From Eledone cirrhosa (lineage: Eukaryota): DNA of 64,000 nt. The DNA lies in contig OZ024740.1 in NCBI GenBank assembly GCA_964016885.1, forward strand, positions 98,518,001-98,582,000, given 5' to 3'. A model generated the notes under the pieces. It had not been told where the DNA came from. It did no database searches and saw only the letters and a list, made by a program, of their open reading frames with translations. Every line of letters starts with the position of its first letter. The stretch's first letter is position 1. Positions 49,973-64,000 of this stretch are shown here, one piece after another. A program made the translations under genes and the position numbers.

Positions 49973-52900
49973 ATATGTATATATATACACACACATATAT
50001 GTATGTATGTATATATACACACATATATATGTATGTATATATATATCTATATATATGTATGTATGTATAAACATATATATATGCATATATAATTTCATGA
50101 ATACGTAATACATATGTATGTAAATATATATATATATTTATATCAACACATGCCAGCAGGGAAAGTAGACATAAAAGATGATGATGATGATGATATACAT
50201 ATATTACAAAAATAACAACAAAGAACAAAATAAAGTAAGACAAAAAAAGTAGTTAAAACAAAAGAAGAAATATATCAATATAAATATATTTATCAATATA
50301 GGTGTCTTTGTGTGTGTGTGTGTAGAGAGAGAGAGATGTCTGTGTGTGTGTGTATCACCTATGTGTTTCATCCTTGCAAATGTGTGTGTCACTAAATGCA
50401 GATATTTTCCCATTTTCCCCATTCTAATACTTTGCACTGTAACAAATCTACGAATGAGTAAACTAAACGATAACTGAATTATTTAAACTCATGTACTGCC
50501 ATAAAGTCTATATTTCAATGAAAGATTCACCTCAGCTAACTTTTCCTTGAACTATTCTGTGCTCTTAAATATTACACATAGACGCATTTCTGTTTTATAC
50601 TTTATTTAATTTTGTATTTTTATTATTATTTTGTCGATATTGTTTTCATATTTTATTACTAATATCGTTTTCTCTCTATTTTCAGTTTTTATGTGAATTT
50701 GATTTTGATACAAATTATTTTTTTTTTTCATAGTCAGATATATATTATTTTTCTACATTTGATATTATATGTGTGTAATGGAATGTATACAAATGAATAT
50801 ATACCTAGCGTAAAGACCTTTATCGGTCACAATTGATAATGGGGATTACACCTAGAAAGTTCCACTCAGAGGCAAAGCCATGGCAAGGTGTCTTTTTGTG
50901 GAAGACCAGCAGTCCCCCCATGCACACCAGTCTCTTCTCCCCAGGCCACTGATGTTGTCCAAGAGAAAGCAATGGCCAATACAGCTTGGAACCAATGACA
51001 TTGCAATTCGTTTCTACAGATAAATGAATCAATTCACAACCTCACGATTGTGAATCCAAAACTATGTCTTCACACACACACACATATGTGTGTGTGAGAA
51101 ACAGAAATAACAAAGGAAATGACACAGTATAATGAAGAAATACATTAGTTACACACACATATACACATATGTGTGTATATATATATATATATAAAGATAT
51201 ATACAGATAAAGAGATAGATAGACAGATAGATAGCTACATAGATAGATAGTTAAATAGATGGCTCTATATATAGATAGATATGTGTGTGTGGGTGGGGGT
51301 AAGTAATTCAATTATGTAAACTATTTAAAAAATGAGTTCTTTGACATTATGGATGTTTTCATTCAGTTAACATTATATTTATAATGTATCAACTATCTTA
51401 TATTAAACTCTTGCTGCCCTTCCCCTGGTGATGCAAACTTATTCAATGATATTGAAATCACTTTAAAATGAAACATTAGATAAAAGTAGTTGTGCTTGAG
51501 TTTGTTTATTTTGAACTAAGTTTACACTATGTTTAATTCACATCTTGAGTAAGGCAAGAAATATAAGATGTCTCCAAAACATGAAACAGTCAAAATCTCA
51601 GGTTTTTATCATTCATCCTCATCATCATTGTTCACTTTTCCTGCTAGCAAAGTTTTGATGTGTCTTCATAGACCAAGTCAGTACTGACACAGCGCTACTG
51701 ACCTCCCAGACAGGCTGAAGGTATGCATCTCACTTGTGAAAGTTCTCACATTCTACTGTGTACACCAGCACAATGAGGTAGTCCTATTTTTGACACAATT
51801 GACGAGTCCCTTTGACCCTTTGTTTGGCAAGTTTGCTATAGCTGGGTGCCATTCTTATCCCCAGCCAATTTACAGAGTGCTTACGGTGCATTTTTATGCA
51901 GATCACCAACACTAGGGAGGCTGTCATGCATTGATACAATTCAATGGTGCCCTCAAACCTTTTTTGGCAAGCTTTCTATAGATAGATGTGCTTCCTAGCA
52001 CCAGCCACTTTACAGTGTACTGAGTACATTTATTGGTTAAATCACCAATATTAGAGAGGTTATGGTGACTTTGACACAGCTGAAGGGTCCTCTCAATCCA
52101 CTTAGGCATATAACAATTATGAAACTAACCAATAGACATATATAATAGATATATATCTGTGCTTATACAGGCTAGGAAATACCATGACTGTAAGTATGTG
52201 TCTAGAAATATGCACATTCATTATAAAGACATGTAAACATACTACATTTGGGTATTTCCCTATAGACTGAAAAATGATGAATATGCTTAGTCAAAATTTG
52301 ACATATATTGAGTTCTTATTGGAAGAAATCTATGTCACTAAAAAACACTAAAAATACACAACAAATTGTCTTATAATACCTACCAAATGTAACTATTTCC
52401 ATGAAATGAGGTACTAATTTACATATTATTAGCTCTTAGTATATACAATCGTGCACTGAGCAGTCAATATATAGGCAAAATATAGCTATAAATATGAATG
52501 TATATCTGAGGCTGTGTGAATGAGTTTTAAATATTCACATTTAAATGGAATTATTGTTTGTGGTATCTTTAAGAAAGATAATAACAAATCCAGATGCATT
52601 TCTGTTATGCAGCAAAGATCTAAAAATAATATTATCTCTCAAACAAATGCATATTTTAAATCAAGCATAACCACCATTAAGTATTGCATAAAATACTACA
52701 GAATAATTTTGATTCTGAAAGGCTGCTTCCACTTAAATACTTTAAAATTCCTACTTTTAAAATGGAACTTGAAAAGATTATTATGTTGTGAATCTCTTAC
52801 AAAAGATGGATAACTCATTCTTTCAGATGAAGTAAAAATCTTAATAAAATCTATCATTTTCCCAATTCCTCGTGAAGCTGTTACTGGCTTCAAACATATC

Positions 52901-53344
52901 AGAGTTGATATAAAACATACTTGACTTCATACAATCATCACTGCTTTTCCATTCAAAGAAGAGTCATATATGTTCCAGGCACTTCGTTAGATGCAACACT
53001 ATCACTCAAAGTGTACCCTATTCCCTGCTTTGCACACACTCTTTTCAAAAAGTAATTGTTGTATACTTATATTGAGAAAGTATGTCATGATTGATGAGCC
53101 GCTTACAGATATGAGGACACTACCTCCTGGGAAGACACTACACTCTCAATTTGGACGAACAAACTGTCTTGTTTTATTTGGTAAATTTCATAAATGCAAA
53201 TCCTTACACAGGTGAATCAAACTTCATATAATTTAGACAATGTTAATTGATGTAGAAAAGAGAGTATGCATGTTGAAACCTTCTTTCAAATGTGTTGATC
53301 TGCTGGACAATATTGTGATTTCTTTAACTAATTAAATTGAAGAT

Positions 53345-53470
53345 ATGTGGTTTGTGGTTAAGGTGTTGGAGTCAGGATTATAAGGTCTTGAGTTGATTTT
53401 CTGGACCAGTTGGCATATTATGTCTTAAGCAAAATACTTCATTTCACATTGCTCCTTCAGCTAGGAGTTG
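53345..53470 (+). mobile_element. Degraded SINE family B head/body (similar relics near 11150-11280 and 60030-60240)
   Basis: TGGTTTGTGGTTAAGGTGTTGG..CTTAAGCAAAATACTTCATTTCACATTGCTCC. Confidence 0.55.
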
Positions 53471-53500
53471 CAACTGAAAGAGAGTATTAGTAATGAAAAT

Positions 53501-55880
53501 TTAGCAGGAAAATAATATTATGCCTACATGGCATAATATTAATAAGAAAGGATATTTTCTTATTGTTGTTATTTGTTATAGTGAGAGAAAGACAAAGTTA
53601 GCCACAAAGTAAATGTTTGTTGAATTAGTCGCAAAGTCTTCGTTAACATTTGTACATGTTTTATTCACAACTAATTACAAAGAGTTAAGTTGAGTTGACA
53701 TGTCAAAGTAAAGAACAAACAAAATGAAGAGTTAAGAAGTGAATGTGGCATTGTGCCAGGCCTAAGGGGGCCGACAGGCCAAAGTGAAAATCTCACCGTT
53801 ACATGATTGCGTGTTGACCTTTTAGAGTCCAAAGCAGCAAGAGAGAGATTTATGAATCGGCGCGGGAACTTTTCCTTCTGGGTGGAATTCGAGACACATT
53901 CTCCTACGCTGGCGGCGATTGGCTGAACTGAGCCAAACAACGTACGGAGAATGTATCCATGAGCCCTCGGAATGTAGGTCACTATAATACCCCCTATCTA
54001 GTCGCAAGACGATATATAACATTGAATCAGCCGGAAAAATGCTGAAAGAGAGCACATCAATGAAAAAAATTGAACAAAAGAATGCATGCAAGATGAAAAA
54101 CGAGGTGCTAAGGGCCGTATTGAGCCGCTGTCAAATGACTAGCTGTTTTGCTATTTAGGCGTGACCACCTGGGATCTAACAGAAAACGGATAAAGGCTGA
54201 CATGGGCAAAGCTGCTGTTCTTGCATTAAATGTTATGGTAAGTGTTGTAACAGAGCTGTGGATGAAGCTATTATGGTAGTTTACCAGTAGCTGTTGTCAA
54301 TGATGAGCTGTATAGCTCTTATCGTAAGTGTTATACCAGAGCTGTATAGCTGGAGCTGTTATGGTAAATGTTGTAGCAGAGCTGGCAAGAAGATGATGGG
54401 TAGGCGAGAAATTGTCGGCCTCCCAGATGAATTGCAGGAAGTGTTAGGCAGCCAGGAAAAAATGGTTAGTTGCTTTGAAAAAAAAACAAAATCAAGTTGA
54501 CTCTGTAGGTGGGTAGTAGTTGAAGCGGTAAGTCCATAATTCTGGCGAATCAATAGGAGAAATGGTGGAAATGCTGACAGGTCCAGTTCCTTTTGTTTTT
54601 TTCCCAGCGAGTCGGGTAAAGTAACAAGATGAAGGTTGTTACGCTTGAAGATCATATACTATAGACAACAACATGTTGGTGTGTGACAAATAAATGTGCA
54701 TATGCAGGCATGTAATACAGCAAAGAAAATGTGTGCATGCAGTCATATATACAATGATAGAAAAAAAATAATTTTCATATTATATAGTTTAAAATAAATA
54801 AATGTCCAAACATTGCCTGTAAAAAAAGAAAGAAAGAATTGTTTTTTAACAAAAAGTTCACTTTTTCTATTCTTTGAAATTTCTTTGGGATAAGAATGTT
54901 ATCGCTCTTACTAGGAAGCTGGTAGAATTGTTGTTGTTGCTATCGAAGTGAAGTCACAGTAAATCTTCAGTAGAATCGAAGTCGAGCGTTGAAGAGCTTA
55001 GAGTGACCAATATGCAAGTCATGTCTGATGCCATAATGTGGTGAGAAAAGCTGTGAGTTCGAATCATGTCAAACGTTAGAAACATCGATGAATCGTGAAG
55101 ATCTGCAAGCGTCGAATTCACCATGCGTTCTTTATGGTTAGTGGTTAACCAATGTTGTCACTGCTCCTGTTGTTTATATTGCTATCCATTGTGGTGATGG
55201 TTGCGGCGGTATAACTACAAATGTGTCACTACGTTGCGTCAGTTGCTGCTGATGATGTTAGTAGATGAGTACTTGGTGATAGCCATTTTGAAAATATTTC
55301 TCTCATGTTTGTGTTGAAATTTTTTGAAATACTGCTAATTTTTTTTTATTTTAAAGGAACATTTCGTACTTAAATATTCTTCCGTCAGGGGTCACCATTT
55401 ATGCAGAAAAATAATATTATGCCTATATGGCATAATATTAATAAGAAAGGGATATATTTTGTTATTGTTGTTATTTGTTGTAGTGAGAGAGAGACAAAGT
55501 TAGCCACGAAGTAAATGTTTGTTGAGTTAGTCGTAAAGTCTTCGTTAACATTTGTACATGTTTTATTCACAACTAATTACAAAGAGTTAAGTTGAGTTGA
55601 CATGTCAAAGTAAAGAACAAACAAAATGAAGAGTTAAGAAGTGAATGTGGCATTGTGCCAGGCCTAAGGGGGCCGACAGGCCAAAGTGAAAATTTCACCG
55701 TTACATGATTGCGTGTTGACCTGTTAGAGTCCAAAGCAGCAAGAGAGAGATTTATGAATCGCCGCGGGAATTTTTCCCTCTGGGCGGAAGTCGAGACACA
55801 TTCTCCTACGCTGGTGGCGATTGGCTGAACTGAGCCAAACAACGCACGGAGAATGTATCCATGAGCCCTCGGAATGTACA
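53501..55880 (-). mobile_element. Non-autonomous/deleted gypsy-like LTR retrotransposon
   Basis: Direct repeats of about 480 bp (53501-53986 and 55400-55878). PBS TGGTGACCCCTGACG at 55383-55397 (tRNA-Trp type) and PPT AGATAGGGGG at 53990-53999. Gag-like relic FPPF..PIDSPELW near 54530-54580. Confidence 0.8.
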
Positions 55881-56029
55881 AAAAGACCAATGAAAACATT
55901 GATTTCTTGGTACAATTTGCTGATTTACTCCTTTCAATTTTAGCTTATTCACAAACCCTAGTTAGTAAAGAGCAAAAAAGTCTTTCATTTTAAATTTCAT
56001 TATAACTGTTGAATATGCTAGAAATTATG

Positions 56030-56247
56030 AGGCGCTGTTGAAAGATTCATGGCTTCATAGCTGGTACAGAGGTCTGACTGTAGGCTCAACGTTCTGAGTT
56101 CTTTTTACAGAGCTTAGAAAACCTGATGGATTGCTGCAATAAGTGTATGAATCTGAGAGGAGAATATATTGAATAAAATCATAATTAACTGATCCTCCTG
56201 TATTTTCTTTTACCTAAAGCCAAGAACATTTCAGCCCCACCCTCCAT
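56030..56247 (+). mobile_element. Mariner transposon 3' remnant
   Basis: EFFLQSLENL..CNKCMNLRGEYIE* followed by a TIR-like CCAAGAACATTTCAGCCCCACCTC. Confidence 0.65.
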
Positions 56248-57595
56248 ACACCCTAATTTTTATATTCAAATGGATCAATTCCTCATGAAGTCCATTCAAT
56301 TTATAGAACGACTATAATTTGATTTTTCAAGGGCCACAAACAGACAATCTCTTGAAACAAATACCTATTTGTAGTGGTTGGTGAATATTAATGTTACTCT
56401 TTGGTGTTTCTTTGAAACTGTCTGAAACTGTTATCTGATGTTTCTAACAGCCAATATTATCTACAATTATAGAGGAGTTCAACTCATCTATAGAATAGAG
56501 AACAATTCTAAAACAGCAAAGCATTATGCAAAGTTTAACTACTCTTACAATGCTAGTGGTAATGGGCAATGCATGGAAATAATTCACATAATAGTGTCAT
56601 TGAATGTTCCAGAATTCTACGAGGAAGACGTTCTTTTTGGATTACTTCACCTTAATTCAAATCCTGCTATCAACACTTACCTATGAGATTCATATTGTGT
56701 TCTGTCTTCTTTACTATATAGTCCTCTCAACCTCTCCCTAACGTCTTTGCTGTTATCTCTTGGTTGTTCTGTTATAAAAGAAAACAAAAAGTCAAAAGGA
56801 CATTGGTGTACATACAAAGGTAATCCCTTAATATAAGAAATTGAAATAGTTGTATGTGATGAAATGTTTACACTTTTTTATCCAGAAAAAGCAATGAATC
56901 AGTAAACACTGTTGTTCTACATGCCCAGATAACGTTAAGATGGTGGTGTCAGTTTTACTTCATTCTAATCTCAATAACACCCCTTCCAGGCATGCATTCA
57001 TTGTTACATCATAATAAAACTATTTCCCAATCAAATTCTTTCACTGTAGTGAACTTATTTCACTGAACTCTGCTACACATATTGCTTGCAATGTCGCCAT
57101 TCAAAGAAAATGATAAATCTCTTGGAGTGACTTAATATATGATTTATTATCTTGGAATATCTGTAATCTCATAGTTTACTGTTTTGTCTTCTTGAACAAG
57201 GGTGAATGTTGTGATACTGTGTTCCTTAGCAATTGATGTATTAAGTCTGAAGTTAAGCTGTATCATTAATTCTTGAATAAAGTCTTCAATATGAAGACCT
57301 ACTTTCATTCTTTCTACGTGACCTTATATAGATGAAAGTGTAGTTCAACTTTTGCCACGTGTTATTCAGGTCAATCACAAACTTTACTCAATCATGAAAT
57401 AGTAAGCTATTGATTTATGTAGTGGTTATATTAAACAAGACAATCTATTTTCTCTCTAAGTGGTCAACGGCAGCCATTTTAATCAGTCTTATTTGCATTT
57501 TCCCATGCTTTTATCTAGACATTACACTTTGTCTAACCTGGGCAAAATAATTTCTACCAGTATAAATGCACATACATTATTTTGTTTTTCCAATT

Positions 57596-57775
57596 GTCAG
57601 TATCGGTAGAGAGTTGAACACCATGTTTTGAAGCATAGAGTTACGTCCCTTTATGATCTAAGTTCAAATCCCGCCGAGGTTAACTTTGCCTTTCATCCTT
57701 ATGGGGTCGATAAAATAAAGTACCAGTAATGTACTGGGTAATTGCTGGCCTTGTGCCTAAAATAGAAAGAATTAT
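57596..57775 (+). mobile_element. SINE family A
   Basis: Near full-length copy. Confidence 0.85.
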
Positions 57776-58820
57776 TTTGTTTTTCACTTTATTGGTGAGC
57801 ATTTATGTAATTGTAGACATATGTTTCTACAATGCATCATTCTACTGACTTGGTATAACAAAAATAGTTTTTATGCATTTCTACATTATGTCTTACATCA
57901 ACTTGGATCTACAAACAATGTGTTTTATAATCAGTATTACATTATTCTACCATCAAGGTGAGAAAAGTTCTATATTGCCTTGGTAATAAGAGAAATTTTA
58001 TATTATTTATCTTTGTTGTTATCCTAGGACCCACAATTTAAATTACCAACTCTGGATTAGCAAATGATACATGTACACAATTTCACACTAATAAGTGAAC
58101 AAAACAGCTATGATTCTGATTTAAGAGCTACAAATCTACTTATGTGTTTGGGGATCTAATATGTTGAACAAACTCTCATATTTTCTGATTGCGCAGACAA
58201 ATTTCTGATTAAACATACATTTTCTGATTCACAAATTCTACATTTTCTTTCTTCTACGTTTTATTTTTTTTTGTTTTATTTTTTGTTTGCAAGCACAAAC
58301 ATATCCAGAAGCTTAAATCTATTTTCCATCTCACTGTTGATGCAATTCACAGTTTTCAACAGTTTGAAACCAATTTTCTGACACAATATAATGTCAAAGC
58401 CTACACCTTATTCTATGTTAATCCTTAGCTTTAGTTAGAAATAAAAGTAACCAACTAATGTTCACACAGAACATTGATTGACTCAATGGAGACTCTATAA
58501 TAACAACATTTCTTACTCAAGACATCACAAAATACAACAAATGTTGAAACACTGCCCCCTTACAGAATTTAGAAACAAAATCTGTAAAATTACAACTGTA
58601 ATTCTTAGTTCATATAAATAGATAATGTCCGAAACAATTTTGTATCAGGTTAATTATCCACAGCAATGAAACAATTTCTTTTTTTCTTTTTCTTTAAATA
58701 GTAATTAATCATTTCAAATTTATAATTGTTTAAACATGTATTGGCCTAGTTTGCCACGCAGAAACAGTTATTTTTTTGTATTTGGGTGGTACACTTAATC
58801 TGTCATCTAGTTTAACACCA

Positions 58821-58909
58821 TCACTTAGACTTTTGGTGCCTTTTGAAGATCCGCTCTGCTGCAAGCACCCCAGCTTCAAAATGCTTTCCTACTATCTGCC
58901 TGAAAGGAT
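58821..58909 (-). CDS. Candidate terminal coding exon of an unidentified host gene
   Basis: Acceptor ATTTTTTTCAG, then phase-1 xAT-PFRQIVGKHFEAGVLAAERIFKRHQKSK-TGA. A GC-richer unique island followed by long AT-rich, UTR-like DNA. Confidence 0.35.
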
Positions 58910-61469
58910 CTGAAAAAAATCATGGGAAATATCTGTTCTTCCCTGACTAAACAGTAACAAAAAAATGTCTACACTTGGGTGGATTTATTATGTATTCACA
59001 CACACACACAAATAAACACAAACACACACACACACACAAACAAATACGAACACACACCCACCCACACATACACACAAACACACACACTCTCTCTCTCTCA
59101 CACACATATACGATATGATATACAAGTTATACACTTGACAATTTAGCTATGATGCTAAGCTGTAACAGACTTTTGATAGTCTGCAGTTTTAACTTTACCT
59201 ACCAATCTAGCATCTCTGTAAGACACATCGTTCCACAAGAGAAAATAACATATGCCTTTTTGAAAAGTATTGAGGTGGAATAGAACTCCTTCAGATTCAA
59301 TGATGAGTATTCAATGTATTTGATCAATGAAACAGTGGAACAGTTTACACAAGTGGAGGAGCATTTCACTGAGACTTAATGCAATTTTCAGATGGATTCA
59401 GGATAACACTGATGTGACAAGACTAACCCTTTGAATTAGAGATGCAGTCAATCTGACAAGCTTCCAAACAGATTCCATCTACCTAATTTCCTTTAAAAGG
59501 ATTATATTGACCCATGGCTATGGTAAATTACCCTTACCCAAGATATGACATAGGAAGATCAAACATGAAACCTTATGATTATGAGGTAAATTTCTAAATT
59601 ATTTGGCTCAGCTGTGTTCATTCAACATGTTAATATCATTGCTTATTTCTGGTTTCTCTAACCAGCAAACTTTTATAAAATCTCATAGTATGTTTTGTTA
59701 TTCATAGAAAAGCACATTTTGCAAGCCTAATTGCATTGTGCACATGCAATTTCACATATACAGAACTCATTTGCAACTAGTATACACACTACATTGGCTC
59801 AGTTGCATATTGCACACATTTAATGCACACTTTGCATGTTCATGACATTTTTCTTATGATCCTTTGTCTAATTCAGTATTTTTATCACTCATTCATCATC
59901 ATCATCATCATCATCATCGTTTAACGTCCATCTTCCACGCTAGCATGGGTCTGGACGGAAATTTAATATTTAGTAATTTGGTTTCTTTATTCTTTTTTCA
60001 CTAGTTGACATTTTATTCTATTCTTAAATCTGGTTTAGTGGTCAGGGTGTTGGTCTTGCAATTGTAAAGTCATACATTTCAATTCCTGGGCCTGGTAGTG
60101 CATTGTATTCTTAAACAAAAAAAAACAAACTTCATTTCACATTGCTCCCTTCACTCAGCTCAGAAAATGGGATTAACTTGCAATGAACTGGTGTCCAGTG
60201 GGATGTCTTTTACTTCCAGTCATTTAATGCTTATGAAACTGGAATAAGTGCTGAGAAAGACAAGTTATTTTTTACTAGAAATGTTAAGCTGTCATAAATT
60301 TTAACAAACTAGAAATTTGTAGATTTGGGAGCAATTTTCTTGTTCTAAACCAAGTCTGAACACAAAGGAACCAAATTCCCACTGTCACTGGCTCCGCCCC
60401 TCCCACTCTCCCCGTCTCTCACTAGAATGAGCAAATGGGAGATCATGTGCTGGCTGCCCTGTGATCATTCTACCTGTGATCATTCTATCTCAGGAAAGGT
60501 TGTACTTGTGTGTAGTATTTAATGAATAAAAAGAAAAAATATATATATAATTCAAACTTATTCTTGCAGTTATATATACAAAATAACTTTAATTTCCTAC
60601 ATTTCTTACGATACAAACTATTACAGAGAGTGTCATTTGTACTCCATAGTATGCACAAAAGTGCAAGGCAACAACTAGATTTATTTGTAATTAAACATCA
60701 TTTTCAGCATTTAACTTGAAGAGATTTGATGGATCATTAAACTTTAATAAAAAATAAAATCACACTCTTAATCAAACAAAAAGAACAGAAATAAATACAT
60801 AAATCCCTTTACCTTACTGCAAATTATTCTTGAGTGTATAGTGTTGTTAATATCAAATATGTTCAGTGATAGGAAGGATTTTATGATTTCAAGTAAGTTT
60901 AAGATAGTCAGACAATGAACACATCATGCATAAAGAGTTTCTAATATAATAACATGCTTCAGGTGACAAGGAATCGAGCAGAAGAAAGAGCTTAAATTTA
61001 AGCTGTAAAGTGAAATCAAACTTAGTGAATTACCGAAAGCTACTCATTATCACTGGACTGGATTTATATCTCCAAGAAGCATATCACCTACGTATTGGAG
61101 GAAGCGTATCGTGATAATGTTCCCATAAAAGTAAAAGGAAAAAAAATTATTTTAATTTCCTTGAAAGCAAATTTGATATTGTTATCTAAATACAGCAAAG
61201 ATTATCTAGAAGAGACATTAGAAGAAGAAATAAGAATTTATGTTCGGTATTCTCCAATGTTGTTAATGTTTGTGGCAACAAGAGAGATTTGTTTGGTATC
61301 TAGGTGAGAAAACTGACCTACAGAAGCGAAATGGTATATTATTAACTGCTGTGTGTAAAGTTCTACGTTCAGAGAGAAAGATATTATATATTCATAGCAA
61401 AGGTTTTATAGATACATCAAAATGCTTTCTTGGAAGTTATGTTGATAATTTTTCTTCAGTTTTCCAATT

Positions 61470-61497
61470 ATCATCCTCATCATCCTCATTCTCTGTC

Positions 61498-61545
<48 letters not shown>

Positions 61546-61635
61546 ATATCTTCATCATCATCATTATCCTCTTCGTCATCATCATGGGCAACATCATCAT
61601 CATCATGAATGTCATGATTGTCATCATCATCATCG
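61470..61635. repeat. (CAT)n microsatellite, probably an expanded RTE/SINE tail
   Basis: Followed by TTTAACATCACTTTTACCCATG, which resembles the RTE terminus. Confidence 0.9.
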
Positions 61636-63217
61636 TTGATGTTGGTTTAACATCACTTTTACCCATGGTGGGAAGGGTTGGTGTATATATGGGGAATATC
61701 CTGGAAGTATAATGGCTTTTTGATAAGAAATACACAATATGAAAGAGCTTGAACAGATAGAAGAAATATTTGTCTATGAACATTTTCAGCATGAGATAAG
61801 CAGAAATTTTGCTTTAGAACATATTATATGCCATATATTCTGACTAGAGATATAAAATAAAATAATATCTTTGTTTGATATGAGTAGTACCTCAAGATTA
61901 AAGATATAATTCAGTTGCTGAAAGGATAAAGTGATGGACAAATGACCTATTTCACGTCTATCCAATAGATTTGTTTTTATTTACTTACTAAAATCACTAA
62001 AAAAGACACCTGATGACGCTTAAGAAAGAGAGTGCTCAATGTACTGTGTACAGTGAATGTATTTAATATAATACAATAGAGACATATTATAACTATCTTT
62101 CTTTCCATATTTTGTCCTTTAGTTGTTCTAAATTCATATCTATAACTGTTTTACTATGGATAAAGGATAAGTGATAAAAAGATAGTAAAAGTGAAAAAAA
62201 AAACTGATGAAAAAAGAAATGAATAAGTTACGGAAAAACAGGTAAGAGGTTAGCAGTCAAAGAAGTAAAAGAGAACTTTAGGAAACATGAAAACATATCA
62301 ATGAACAAACAACACAATTTATATCAATGAGATTTGTTATTGAAAGATGACAAGAGAGCAGGTGTGGATAAAAGAAATGAAAGATAAGGAGAAAGGCTTT
62401 ATTGTGTAATGTGTTGTTTTAAAGATAATTTAGTTATAGTAGTGTGTTAACAAAACTGCTTTTACTAATGTGAAAGTAATATGTTATGGCAGGGAGTATA
62501 AATGAAAGCAGGATAGGATAAAAAGGCTGACAACAATTGTATAATATATATGGTGAAATCGTTATATACAAAATAATTGTGATTATCTAATGTGGCAGTA
62601 TAAATTGAATGAGAAAAGCTATATCAAAATGATTGCATGTGACAATTGAAAAGTAAAAGATGTCATAGGGAAAGTAGTCATGGGTGCGTTAGGATTTTTA
62701 GAGGAAAGATATTGTGATGAAATTAATAGTTAAGAGGTAATAGCAATGGAGATATAAATGAGGGGCTTAAAAGCACATGAGGGAGGTGTAGTAATAATGA
62801 AGGTATCTAAGGTTGTTGTGGGAAAGTTTACGGGGATGGAGAGAGGAACAGCTGAGAATTTTAGAGGTGTTGTGTACTGATGGCAAGAATGACTAGGATG
62901 TGCTACTGAAGGCAGGACATGGGGGTTTGTCAGGTTACATTTTAGGTTGGGAGGTGAGTCTTCTTCAGTATAGCCTATCACCAATTTCTACAGTCATTTG
63001 TCAGCTATATTTTGAGCTTCATTGAACCTATAAACGTCACTTTCAATTGCTTGACCTTCTGCTGGGTCAACTAGAGATACTCTCAAATTCTCCCACTAAT
63101 TCTACACACTCATCTACTTGTAATAACAGCATTTCCAGGTCTCTTTCATTTGAGTGTCAGTAATGCTAATTGCACCAGTATCATTTCGGATACACATTAA
63201 TCCAACAGCATCCTAGT

Positions 63218-64000
63218 TTTCATGGGGAGCAGAGCTCCAAGCAGACAGAGAGTGACCTGGTGGTGGAATAGTACAGTAGATAGGGCCATTAGAGAGAAAA
63301 CACTAGCATGGAAGGCTTGGAAAAAGGGTGGGAGCAGAGAAGGATATACAGCCACTAAGAGAGAAGCTAGACATCAGGTGTACTTAGCACGCAGGGAGAC
63401 TGAGAGTAGGAGGTTTGCCAATGTTCTGCGACGGGAAGATCAGAGGCGTGTGGTGTTCCACATTGCAAGGCAGTGTGTCAATGCAAATCAGGATGTTGTT
63501 GGAGATAAATGTGTCTGGAATGATACCGGTGTACTTAGTGTCACAAATGATCAAAAGAAGGAGGCCAGGAAATGTCATTATTAGACACTAATGAATGTGA
63601 AGAACGAATGGGAGAGAGAGAAATTACCCTCAGTAGATCCGAAAGAGGGACCAGCTATTGAGATTGAAGAATATAGGGTCCAAGAGGCGATTAAGGAAAT
63701 AAAAAATGGTAAGGCTGCTGGACCGTCGGGAATAGTTGCTGAGATGCTGAAGGCATCAGGGGACGTAGGCACTAAACTGGTTGCACGCATCATCAATCAG
63801 GCTATATATGGTGGTGTCATACCCAAAGATTGGTGCAGCAGTATTCTCATAAATTGCTACAAAGGTAAAGGGGATGCTCTGGAGAGGAGCAATTATAGGG
63901 GTATGAAACTGATGGATCAGGTTATGAAAGTGGCGGAAAGGATATTAGCACAACTAATTAGAGAAGGGGTCAAACTAGATGAGATGGATTTTGGTTTTGT
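63218..64000 (+). mobile_element. RTE LINE fragment (EN-RT linker and RT start), more divergent subfamily, runs off the window
   Basis: TWWWNSTVDRAIREK..AWKAWK, GKAAGPSGIVAEMLK, YKGKGDALERSNYRGMKL. Confidence 0.9.

Noticed and set aside
53671-55899. Paralogous ORFs of about 105 aa at 53671-53982 and 55573-55899 as a duplicated gene
   Set aside because: They lie essentially within the two LTRs and have no recognisable domain.
62600-63200. Possible minus-strand GIY-YIG/PLE relic
   Set aside because: Too degraded; no diagnostic motif could be read with confidence.

Overview
AT-rich, repeat-dense eukaryotic DNA, most likely a coleoid cephalopod such as Octopus (inferred from the SINE/RTE repertoire). 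No multi-exon host gene is recognisable; there is one weak terminal-exon candidate. The window is a mosaic of (TA)n microsatellites carrying about ten 5'-truncated RTE LINEs (with a PHD-like finger in the ORF), two tRNA-derived SINE families and Penelope-like element (PLE) fragments with inverted pseudo-LTRs. It also holds a deleted DD37D/maT transposon, a non-autonomous gypsy-like LTR element with a tRNA-Trp PBS, and old L1/CR1/CRE/mariner remnants. Two signals stand out. (1) A non-coding 591-bp tandem repeat in which each unit carries a type I hammerhead ribozyme with a compensatory U3-A8 core, a branched stem II and a palindromic stem III (retrozyme/pLTR-like). Similar U3-A8 motifs occur in two other, unrelated PLE pseudo-LTRs. 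(2) A three-copy, (TA)n-embedded element with a fixed 78-bp head and co-varying asymmetric inverted repeats, one copy of which encloses a PLE reverse-transcriptase fragment. All calls were made by eye without database searches, and boundaries of degraded elements are approximate.
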